DNA of 64,000 nt from Nymphaea colorata (lineage: Eukaryota), in contig NC_045138.2 of NCBI RefSeq assembly GCF_008831285.2, positions 6,448,001 through 6,512,000 of the forward strand. The letters are read 5' to 3'. The position numbers were made by a program, and so were the translations under genes. Of the stretch, positions 41,550 through 52,526 are shown piece after piece. The notes under the pieces were generated by a model. That model was given only the letters and a program-made list of their open reading frames with translations, did not search any database and was not told where the DNA came from. Numbering within the stretch: position 1 is the first letter of the stretch; the number at the start of each line of letters is the position of its first letter.

Positions 41550-44500
41550 TGTTGGGTCAGGTCCATCCTCAAGTGAGGACCCCACCAACCCACCCGCTCA
41601 CTTGAGTGAGTGGACGAGGAAAAGAAGAAGGGTATCCGATGGTGCTTTATTCACAATTGTTTTGAAAATGAGAAAAGGGAGAAACGAGCCCCCTTGTTAA
41701 ATGCTCACCAAACCAGCAAGGAGGGCAGGGTGAGTGTGTGCCAATAGTGAAGGAAGGGAGAAGGAAAGATGAAAAATGTATGGCTATGGGTTTGTGAAGC
41801 TGTGTGGGTACATGTGCAAAGAGAGAAAGTGAAGAAAACAAGGAAAAGAAAAGAATAATGCATGGTGATTCCTTTCCTTGTAGTTTTCTTATGCATTCAT
41901 TCTTTAGGATGATTTGTGTTATTCTTTGCAAGAAAAACAACACATATTGATGTTGTATTGCCTCTTTGAAATACATATATATACCTCTCTTGCCTATGGA
42001 TTTTTATCACATTATTGGGGTTTTTCTCTTGTATATTGGTGTCTCTTGGTTTCTTCATTATCTAGCATATATTTTTGACATAGTACTGCAATATTGGTGT
42101 TGGGAACTCAACCTTCTGTTAGCAGGTGATTTTATTTTTCAGTAATTTTAATGCAGTCCCTCTTATAAAATCAACTTGTTTGAGCTGCTATGTGGATAAT
42201 AAAGGCTATCGTTAGTTGCTTAATTATTGGATATATGCATTTTTGAAGCTTGGGGTGGGGGTTTGCGGCAGCATTAAGTGTTGTTATTGACTGGTTGTTG
42301 TCTTCTTAAGTATTTCGTTTGCAGGGGTAATCTGTTTTGCAAGAATATATCCATATTGTGAGTTCTTTTACAAGATTGAAACAAGGTTTATTGGGAAAAA
42401 TAACCATAACAAAGTGGTATGAAAGCGCTAGGTTCGTAGTGCTCATTCTTATTGAAATATGGAGTTGACCCCCACTAGGATGATTTTTCTAAATGAAAAC
42501 AATTGGACTTTATGGAAAGCAAAAATGAATGATTTGCTCTATTGTAAAGACTTGTACGCACCCATTGAGAGCAAGAGGCCAACGAATATGATAGATGATA
42601 AACAACAACTATTATATAGAAAAACCATTGACATCATCAAACAATGGTTAGATGATAGTGTCTTTCATTTGGTATCTGTAGAGACAAGTGCAAAGTCACT
42701 TTGGTAGAAGTTGCATCATCTTTACAAAAGAAAAACAGCTAGAAACAAGACTTTCTTGATCAGACAATTGGTAAATCTCAAACTTAGAGAGGGAGACTCT
42801 AGCTGTTTCTTTGAGCAACTCTACCCCAAATGGTGTGCTAATCATGAAGCATATAACCAACAATATTTTAAATAAAGAGACAAGAAGAAAGTCTCTTGGT
42901 ACTACTAGCTCACAAGTACTAGTGATGGAAGAGAAGGGCATACATAACAACTGCAATAAATGGTATGACATATCAAAATCTAGGTCCATATGAAGACCCA
43001 AGATGATAGGTAAATGCTTTCATTGTGGAAAGTGTTGTGGTATTCCAAGTCACAAAATGACTAATTATAGGAAATGAAAAGAACAAAAAAAAAACAAAAG
43101 TCAAAAGAATGCACTGCATTTGCTTTAGATGATGAGGTAAAATTACTTTTATTTAAGGAAAATAATTGTCTTACAGTTGAGAATGGTGATTCTACATGAA
43201 TATTAGACAATATGGCATTTTATCATGTCAGACCATGTCAAGATTTATTCTCATCCTATAGAGTAGGTGATCTTGATGAGGTAAGAGATGCTTGCATTGA
43301 GACGAGCACAAGATGAAAATTGAATTTGTGAGATGTGAAACATGGCCCCCACAATCTCCTTGATGTGATTCTTCGATGACTTACTTCGCCTCATCTTCAT
43401 CAAGGCATCGAGAGTATTCAGTACTAAATTCACGTCTGTATAATACCCCTGCAAGAATAAAGTACCTGCTGACATACACTGTATTGCTTTTTGTTCATTT
43501 TTGGGCAATTCAGCTGGGAATTCTCCGCTTTCAATGTACTTTTTGATGTCATGGTACGAAGCCATATTCTCCCCTTGGATGTGATGAACATGTACCATCG
43601 TTTTAAACGTAGAGTGTTCTAATTTTCCAATCTCAAAAGAACGGATTGCTTCATTGGTTCGAAAAGTGATGGTGGATCCTAAGCTTGCGTGGCCATCCGC
43701 AATAGGGTTACTTTCTATCTTTACGTGAGCCAATTGTACTTTTTTAAATTGACGGATTAAGGAGGTAGCGATTTCTTGATATGGCACCAACTTTTTGTCT
43801 TTGACATGCCATTCTCCATTCACTTGGTTTATAATAAGCTGAGAGTCGCGAAAGCATGCACTCTTTTCACCTAAAAACTCAATAAAGAACAAAGTCCTTG
43901 TATGAGGGTTTTATATTCAGCCATGTTATGGGTACATGAAAAATCAAGTTTCAAAGAGTACGGGATCATTTCATTCTTCGGAGTGATGAGTAAGATGTCG
44001 ATGTCTGCTCCCATCACATTTCTGGACCCATCAAAGTACATCTTCTATATCGGAACCATTTTCAATCTTAGTACATGTTCATCTGGAAACTCATCATTTG
44101 TTGTGATTTTTTTGTACTGAGGAAGTCTGCTAACTGATCTGCAATTGCTTGTCCTTTCATTGACTTTTGAGACACATATTCAAGATCATATTGCATCAAT
44201 AGAACTTGCCATTTGGCGATACGCCCATTAAGGAATGGTTGTTCCAAGATGTACTTGAGAGGATTTAGCTTGGAGAGTATATTGACCTCACAAGCTAATA
44301 AATAATGTCTCAACTTCTAACACATCCAAACCAATGTCAGACAAGTTTTTTCTATTGGAGAGTACTTCTTTTCGTACTGGAGAAAAGTCTTGCTAATGTA
44401 GTAGATTGCATGCTCGATGCGACTTCCTTCTTCATATTGTGCCAAAAAGCCGCAACATGCTGACTCATTCACTGTGATGTAAAGCAGCAATGGTCTACCC

Positions 44501-47500
44501 AACACTGGTGGTTTTAGAATTGACAGATTTAGAAGGTATTTCTTGGTCCTTTCGAATGACTGTTGGCATTCAAAACCCCATTCAAACTTGACGCCTTTCC
44601 TCAGCAGCTGGTTGAGTGGTTCTTACCTAATGGCCAGATTAGAAATGAATCGTTCCATGGATTGGATTTGTCCTTGCAAGCTTCACAACTCCTTGATATT
44701 GGTAGGTGGTGGCATATCGATTATTGTCTTAGCTTTGGTAAGATCTGTTTCAATCCCTTTCTTACTAACCATGAAACCCAAAAGCTTGCCTGACTCAACC
44801 CCAAACACACATTTTTGAGGATTCAAGCGAAGCTTATACTGTAAAAGCCTCTCGAATACTTGGGCAAGAGTTTCAATGTGATCTTCTCTCGTCTTTGATT
44901 TGATCAATATGTCATCAATATACGCATCCATGATTTTATGCATCTGATCATGGAAGATGACAATCATGGCTCTTTGATAGGTTGCTCCAGCATTCTTCAA
45001 CCCAAATGGCATTACCGTGTAACAAAAATTGCCCTAAGGTGTAGTAAAAGCGGTCTTAGGTTGATCTTTGACTGCTAATTTGATCTGATTATATCCCGAA
45101 TATCCATCCATGAAAAAAAACATTGCACGGCCTGCAGTACTGTCTACCAACAGAATAATTTTTGGAAGAGGATAATCATCCTTTGGTGTGGCTTTATTCA
45201 AGTCTCGAAAGTCGATGCACATCTTAACTTTGCCATTTTTCTTGGGGACCACCACGATGTTCGCCAACCATACGGTGTAATCAATGGCACGAATGAATTT
45301 TGCCTTTAGCAGGTCCTCTAATCCTTCTTTTACAGGGCCTTCTAGTCGAGGGTCAAGCTTTTGCACAATTTTTGCTTAATCGGCTTGCAATTAGGATCTA
45401 AGAGCAAACGATGTTCGACCAACTGGGGGTCTAAACCTGGCATATCTTCATAAGTCCAAGCAAAAGCTTTTTGGTTACTTATAAGAAAGTCCACCAATCT
45501 TTTCTTCTCATGTACTGACAAATTGGTGCCAATTTGAAGAATTTTAGGATCTTCACTGGTTCTAATATTAATCTCTTCAATTGGATCATTAACCACAGAT
45601 GAGGGATGTTCTTGTTTCTGAATCTGAGTGAATTCTGGTAATTCTGACTCGGGTATTGTCATAGAATCCCTTTCACCGACTACTTGTTCGATAAATGCTT
45701 TCTGGGGGACTTCCGCAGAAAAAGAATAAATTGAGACATATTGAGTTCTGACATCCTGTAAAAATGATAAAGGAAAGAATTGGACGAAATTAAAATTGAC
45801 AACAAAAGATTAATTGCATTGCATACAAAAAAAAGTTCATAGTTCATAAAATGGGTCCTCTCATGAGACCAGACAAAAAGATGTTTAAAATTACAAAATT
45901 CATGGGAGGATTTGAAACAAAAGTGAATACTATTAGCCCCCAAGATCTTCTTTAAATTCCTTCATGATATCTCAGTCCTCTCGTGTTCATCTGAAAATGG
46001 ATGCTAATCGGCTGCAAGATGCCATCTTCATTTTTTTCCGAGGCCTGTGAATGGACGGTAGCCGCCTTCTAGAAGCAACTAAAAATCTTTAGGATTTTTC
46101 GTGAAATGAACACATAAATGATGTTCTTGGTAACTTGCATGATTGCTCAAAATAATATGGGCACTTTCAAATGATTTGCCTATCTTTATGTTCTGCATCC
46201 ATTCTTCTAAAAGTCTGTCATTTGTTGTTCTTATGATGGGTACATTCACTGGATCAATTTTCCTAGGGAGCATTGGTTGCACTAGCCTTTCGGTTGGATC
46301 CTAAGCACGTATGGTGATGACTAATGTGCCAAAATTCCATTTGAGGTATTGATGAAGAGTGGATAGGACTCTTCGTATTTGGTGGACCCAGGGTCGTCCT
46401 AAAAGTAAGTTATATGATGGTGGCACATCTACCACATGGAACATAATGTGATGACTAGTATTTTCGATGGTCACGTTCATATCGAGAGTACCTTTGCTGT
46501 TCATGCTTCGGTCATCATATCCATAGATCTTGATATCATTTGAGCGATATTTGTTTTCACAAAACCTCAATGTTTTAGCCGTGAGATCAAGACAAATATT
46601 CAGACCACTTCCTCCATCAATCAAAACATGTGGCACCGTCATCCCATTGACCTGAACAACGATGTAAAGAGCATCTTCATGGAAATATCCCCATTTTGAG
46701 AGGTCTTAATTGACTGATTTTTAGAAGCTTGAACCGAGTCTCCCTCATCCATACGCTCTTCCAAGGGGAGAACGTCCTAATAGCATGGATCTTCATTTGG
46801 GGAGTCATCTGATGATTCGTCCCCTTGTAAGATAAAAGTCTTCAGAATCATGGGAAGTTTCTTGGGCAACTTTTCTATCATGCCATTCATCATAGCAATG
46901 AAATCCAGAGGTTCCTAACCTTGGTCTACCACCATGACTTTGTGTGAACTACTCCCAATATAAGGTCGAATGTGCTCTTGTGGATGGTATGGAAGTGGAG
47001 TGCTTGTAGTGATCATGGCCACTGCCGCCTTTCCATGGTCAGGGAATGGATTCCTTAGTATTTCAGCGGTGCTATCATCACAAATCTTGAGATCTTTGTT
47101 GATGAAGTCTTGAATAATATTTTTGAGGACAAAACAATCCTCAGTATCATGACCAGGGGCACAATGAAACTTGCACAGTTTTTCTTTATTTCCTCCCATC
47201 ATTTTCGGTGGCTCTGATACTTTTGGCAAGACGATAGTTCCTTTGGTGAGAAGGTATTTCAGGATCTTCTCCCGAGACTGGCTGAGATGAGTGAATTTCC
47301 TATCGTAGCTCCAACCTGGTTGTTTGTTTTTCCTTTCATCGTCGCCTTTGAGAAACTATGTGTTCTTCTTGAAACTGACTTCCTTGTCATGCTTGTAGTT
47401 ATTGCCATGGTTCTTTCTAATGCCAGCATTGGCTATGAAGTGTCCAGGCAGCTTTGTCCTTCCTCCTTTCTTTCCATCTTCTTTGTACTTAGGAGCAATA

Positions 47501-49002
47501 ATTCCATCAAAATCTCCTTCCTCAATCCCTTTTTCTATCGAGTTGTGTCTCAGAAATGGTTTTGATTGGGGCGTTGCAGATGAAACTTTTCAAGGGTTGG
47601 GCAAGATTTTTCCTAATGAGTGACAAGGCTTGTGTCTCAGAAATGGGCTCCTTCATCTTATTGCATTGAATTCTCCATTTTTTGATGAATTCTCGAGTCT
47701 TTTCTCCCTGTTTCTAATGAAGACTGCAAATGGTACTGAGTGTTGAAGCCATGGGAGCATTTTGTTCAAATCTTGCAACAAACATGTTAATCAATTTGTC
47801 AAACTCCTTCAGCTCGATTGGATTGACATTTTCTTTGTACCATTGTGCAGCAATGCCTTCAAGACTTCTTGGAAAATATCGAAACAAAACTCTATTATTT
47901 GTACAAATTTTATAGCAATCATTGAAAAAGGTTGAAAGATGAACGTGTGGGCAAGTGGTTCCATCATATCTGATGAATTGATGTCAAATATCAATGGATT
48001 TGTGATGTGCTTGAGCAAAAATTGATTTAGTTAGAGAAGATACATGCAAAGAAGAATCCTACCGATCTCTCTACCTAAAGAGAAGCATTACAAGTGTAGA
48101 GACCTAGTTGGGATTAGGGCCTTTAAGGCAATGTATTAATTTTGTTCATTTTGCTGGTATGATCCCTCTCTTGAAGCTAGAGGGGGAGTTTGTTAAGTTG
48201 GGTCCACCCTCAAGTGAGGACCTAACCCGACCCGTTACTTAAATGAATGGGCAGAGGAAAAGGGGAGGGCACCCGATGGTGCCCCATCTCTCTCACGTCC
48301 CTCTCTCTCTCTCTCGTGGTTTTCTTTTGGGGAAAGAAGAAAAGAAGAGAACTCTTGTGGCTACACACAGCAAGGAGAATCAGAAGAGAAAGGCAAGGAA
48401 GAGAAGAATGAGAAATCACAGCAAGGTTGCGTGGGTTGATCGGAACGCCAATAAGAGAGAGGAAAGACAAAGAAGAAAGAGAAAATGAATGGAGCCTTCA
48501 TTGGGTGATTTCTTTTTTGTTTCTTTGGGGCTCTTTCTTTCATTCGTATAAGAAAGTGTTATTGTTCTCTTGAGTTCACTGTTTTTCTTAAAACAATAGG
48601 GATATTGTTGCTGGTGTATTTTGCTTCTCTTTTGATATATAGAAAATCTCTCTTGCCCATGGGTTTTTACCCCATTATTGGGGGTTTTTTCACGTAAATT
48701 GGTGTCGCTTATTTTCTGCATTGTCTAGCATATATCTTGATGTATATTTCTGCAATATTGGTGTTTGAAAACATGATTTTGTACTCACAGCCGAGTGATT
48801 CCGTTTTTCATCAGTCTTGTGCAATCCCTCTTATGAAATCGGCTTGTTTGGATTGTTTTATTGATGCTAAAGGGTGCCATATCTGCATAATTATTGGATA
48901 TATCATGCTTGAAGTTTGAAAGTGTTTGTGCCAGCATTCACAGTTGTTTTTGGCTGGTTATTGTCTTCTTATGCATTCTTTTTGGGGAAAACATTTATAA
49001 CA
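41550..49002 (+). mobile_element. Copia element shell: 5' LTR, gag-PR, RNase H, PPT, 3' LTR
   Basis: LTR 41550-42411; degenerate PBS tggtatgaaagc; gag (LNENNWTLWKAKMNDLLYCKDLY); RNase H IDVKYQWICD from 47977; PPT agggggag at 48181-48188; LTR 48191-49002. Confidence 0.85.
43341..47976 (-). mobile_element. LTR-less Ty3/Gypsy internal fragment, Tat/Ogre-type with an extra RNase H
   Basis: Minus strand gives gag (YDGTTCP, CKFHCAPGHDTEDC), protease VLIDGGSGLNI, RT (CIDFRDLNKATPKD, MPFGLKNAGATYQR, YIDDIL), RNase H, a second archaeal-type RNase H (YFDGS, NMAEY, DSQLIINQV, NPIAD) and the integrase start (HQGDCGGH). Confidence 0.93.
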
Positions 49003-49550
49003 AAGTCTTTCTTCTAGTGATTCCATAAATGTTTAGCAAATTTGCTGTCCACAAACAAATGAGATCGCATCCTCCTTAATAAGGCATAATGGACACCTAT
49101 TGAAGCTATAAAAAAAATTCATATTTTTTCAACCTATACAATGTAAGAATTATTTCTTTCAGAACTAAGAATTATTTCTTTCAGAACTAGATAAAGACTC
49201 TAATTAGCTCTGGGTATAGTGCCATTATCCCAAATGGCTGCTAAACTTGGAAGATTACAGGATCATGGCCGAATTAAATGATAAATGTCCTTCTTCAACT
49301 TCTTGACCTCATATCTCCCCACATGAGAGAATCATCTGTTAAAGATGAAAAAGTCTTCTACCTACATGTGTTGATTGTAGACTAACCAATGCTTCATTAG
49401 CTAACTCACCCATCATATGAGAAACACAACAATTCCTCCATTTTTTATACGAACAACAATCTGCTCCTCAGACCAGACTGGATATAATCCTCCATCCCCA
49501 GTTTACCATTCCAAAAACCGCAGAGATACCATTACCCCCCCCCCCCCCTC
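49003..49550 (-). mobile_element. Probable 5' continuation (endonuclease region) of the LINE interrupted by the Copia element
   Basis: Minus-strand LANEALVS and GHDPVIF weakly resemble the L1 endonuclease motifs LDRxLxN and SDHxPI, and the position fits. Confidence 0.35.
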
Positions 49551-50568
49551 CACAATACCAAGTGTTTAATTTTAGGAGACAGAGTTGCATCCGCCCCTTG
49601 GTGCATGCAACATACATATGCCAAAAGAAAAAAAAGGAACATATTTTGAAATTATTGAAAAAAAAAATGTACTTTTAAGTCTTCCACTTTTATCCTTACA
49701 AAAATTTTATTTTTTTAATTTAAATGGGGGCATTTTCATCTTTAACCATACTAGTGCATGAAATTTAGTGCACCAGCATGGCTTACATAACAAGCTTAGT
49801 AGTTTTAGACCATGCCCGGATAATTCCTTTCCAGGCCCAACCATTATGAAATTTTCCCTGCACAGTCCAAAGACTATTTAAGTTTCATATACTTCATTTT
49901 AACAAACAATAACTAGATGAGGTCCCAATATAAACTTTGAAGGCCAAAAATATCAATTAAGCCTTATTGAACATCATCAAATCTAAAAGGCCTACCATAC
50001 CACCCTCATCCGATGGCAAACATAACCTCTGCCGATCTATGAGATCTAACTTTCTGCTTTGCTCTATATCTTCCTCAGCAGGGATGAGGGCTTGGGTGGA
50101 GGCTTTGACCTTCTTCAAGCGGCAAGCCAAACTCCGCTCACCCTAAACTACTACAAACTCTAAATGCAATTCTCAAACTCAGTCTAAGCAGCAGTACAAT
50201 CAGCTCTAGTTAATCCTCCAGCTGTCCTTTGCATCTTTACATAAATATTTTGTTGCAATAAATTAGTGGTAAGGACCCTATCCCTCAACAACCTTTCATT
50301 TCATTGAGAATGTTATGTTCTTGCTGCTTAAATAGCATTGTCATTCGTAAGTTTACGCAATAATTGTGACAGGAAGCTGTTGATTTCTTGCTTCATATAT
50401 AGGAAGTTGTGGAGCGAGGAATTTGTGACTGAAGAAGCATCAATTGTATATATTTTAAACTTGAAGGAGCCCTCAATTAAGAATAAATAAAATGACTACA
50501 ATATTAATGTGTAAATAAAGCAATTTTTGTAGGCTGGTGCAAGTTAATCACCCACAGTAGCACACCAT

Positions 50569-50970
50569 TAGGGATGTCAATATATCTGATCTGAATTGGA
50601 TATCCGACCGAACTGATTCAAAAAAATTGGATATGGAAAAAAATATCTGATTAAAAAATCTGATTGCATTCAGATTTAAGAAATGACATCCAATTGGATT
50701 CGGATTCGAATATATCTAAATATCTGATTGGATTCGGATACAGATTCGGATTGGATTTACTTTTAGACAATATCCTATATTTAATGTTCTTATATTTTGA
50801 TAATCAGTAAAATTTGGTTCAAAATTCAGATTTGGATTCAGATATGAATCTAAAAATCGGATTCGGATAGGCAATGACTTTTCTTTATTAGTATTCGAAT
50901 ATGAATATGTGAATGTCCAAAAAGATAAATATGGTTAAGGATATATCTAATCTGAATCTGATCTGTTAAC
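50569..50970. mobile_element. hAT-like MITE (TAGGGATGTCAA terminus), right end eroded
   Basis: Homologous to 58161-58536; interior rich in ggat/atcc motifs. Confidence 0.7.
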
Positions 50971-50974
50971 CCAT

Positions 50975-51704
50975 GGTTGACTATGCTACCGTACATAGGA
51001 GCACATTTTAAGAATGTGTGTGGTTGGAGAAAGGTCCGAGAGGCATCCACTTCACTCCATCGAGAGAATAACATAGACATGAAATATGGATGCACAAGAA
51101 ATTGTACACTTTGTTTAAATTAGAAGGACGGTTTGAGTTGGAAATGCAAGTTACTAAAATGAGATAAAATGAGAACAAATAACACCACCCATAACTACAT
51201 CGCTTTCTTTCGCTTTATTTAGTTGGGAAGAGTAAGAAAATATGAGAAAACTGCACAACTATGGATGTCAGCCTCCTTTTTTGTATTAATTTGCTTTTCT
51301 AACTTGGACCCATTTTCCACGCTTCACTTCTCACCAAAAGAAAAAGGTATTTATTGACGCGTGGAAAAAAACAAATCTTGTCAGGAAATATTCATTTTTA
51401 CTGACCTCTATGTCTTAACGTCAGTGAGGGGATGATTACTGACCAGGCGTTGTGGGTTCTTTTCTATAAACTTCATAATATATTTTGATGTACATTTTTC
51501 TGAGTTTCTTCTTGTTGTTGTTCTTGGTGTCCAAATTAGAACAGCAAATTAAAATGGAAAAGGGGGTTGACATCCATAGTTGTGCAGTTTTTTCAAATTC
51601 TCTTACTCTTCCCAACTGAATAACGCGAGAGAAAGTGATGTCGTTATGGATGGCGTTCTCCGTTCTCACGTATTTCATCTCATTTTAGTAACTTACGTTT
51701 CTAT
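50975..51704. mobile_element. Long-TIR foldback element, right arm truncated
   Basis: Left arm ~51000-51312 pairs with 51525-51704 (aaactgcacaactatggatgtca / tgacatccatagttgtgcagttt). Confidence 0.8.
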
Positions 51705-51901
51705 AAAGAAAGTGCATATCTTCGTATAACTGCGAAAGAATCTCTAAAGAAAAGAACCTCTAAAGATAAAATCATTGCTTGAGCATTACTTGAATAAACA
51801 AATGGTCGCATTTTTTATGATTCAGGTTTGGCGTGTAAGTTATTCCTTGCCTTTCTGAAGCTGCTTTTCCTCTACTAAATCTCCAATACATGGCATCAAA
51901 G

Positions 51902-52035
51902 CCAGAAATTTCTTGTTAGGGGCACTTATATGTAAAAAGTTAAAAATTAATGATATTTGTATATATAAATAATGTAAATTTAATGGTCTGATGTGGGCAA
52001 TTGCCCAATCCAGCCACAAAGTGGCTCCGCCATTG
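51902..52035. mobile_element. hAT-type MITE inserted in the left TIR
   Basis: Absent from the right TIR. Flanked by a perfect 8-bp TSD CATCAAAG (51894-51901, 52036-52043). Ends GCTCCGCCATTG, like the 60527-60687 element. Confidence 0.85.
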
Positions 52036-52261
52036 CATCAAAGTATGTGCATCGATATTATGAGAGGGCCATCCACTATTCACATGAGTGAAAGGTTACG
52101 ATGGATATGATCTCATCCGCCCCACAAAACTGGGAATTCTAACGTTAGGTGATAATAAACTTTTATTAGTATAAAATGCATCTTAGTGGGATATTACTAT
52201 AGATATGTATGGGTTTTTTTAACAACGAGGCGCCCATAGATTCTGGTCGCCACTTTGTCTT

Positions 52262-52526
52262 AGTGGCGTGGCTGCGACCAACTACTACAAAGGGTTCATT
52301 GAGGGTATCCTTTGATTGTTGTACCCCTCACTGACTTGCTCAAGAAGAACACGGCCTGGGCTTGGACGTAGTCTACTCAGGATGCTTTTGAAGGATTGAA
52401 GGGAACTCTTGTGAGAGAACCTGTGCTTAACTTGTCCGACCACTTGAAGCCTTTTTGAGGGCCACACTGATGCTTCTGACTTTGCTGTTGGCAAAGTATT
52501 AATGCAAGAGGGTCATCCAATCCCTC
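52262..52526 (+). pseudogene. Captured Ty3/Gypsy RT-RNase H junction fragment
   Basis: With frameshifts it reads NYYKGFIEG…PLTDLLKKNTAWAWT*STQDAFEGLKGTLVREPVLNL…HTDASDFAVGKVLMQEGHPI. Confidence 0.85.

Larger units (their letters stand above)
37577..43340 (+). repeat. Older, more diverged partial copy C of the unit
   Basis: 37577 aatgtgtcttttaaataaattcatgtaagtgatac matches 2982. The LINE/Copia junction is shared (tctct|tgttggg at 6065-6076 and 41545-41556). Visibly more substitutions than A vs B. Confidence 0.9.

Noticed and set aside
43341..47976. Functional Gypsy polyprotein or domesticated gene
   Set aside because: Fragmented by many stops and frameshifts and truncated at both ends.
41545..49010. 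Intact, datable Copia insertion with TSD
   Set aside because: The left flank tctct is not repeated directly after the 3' LTR end (aagtcttt). The LTRs differ by large indels and the interior is rearranged, so a TSD call and LTR dating are unsafe.
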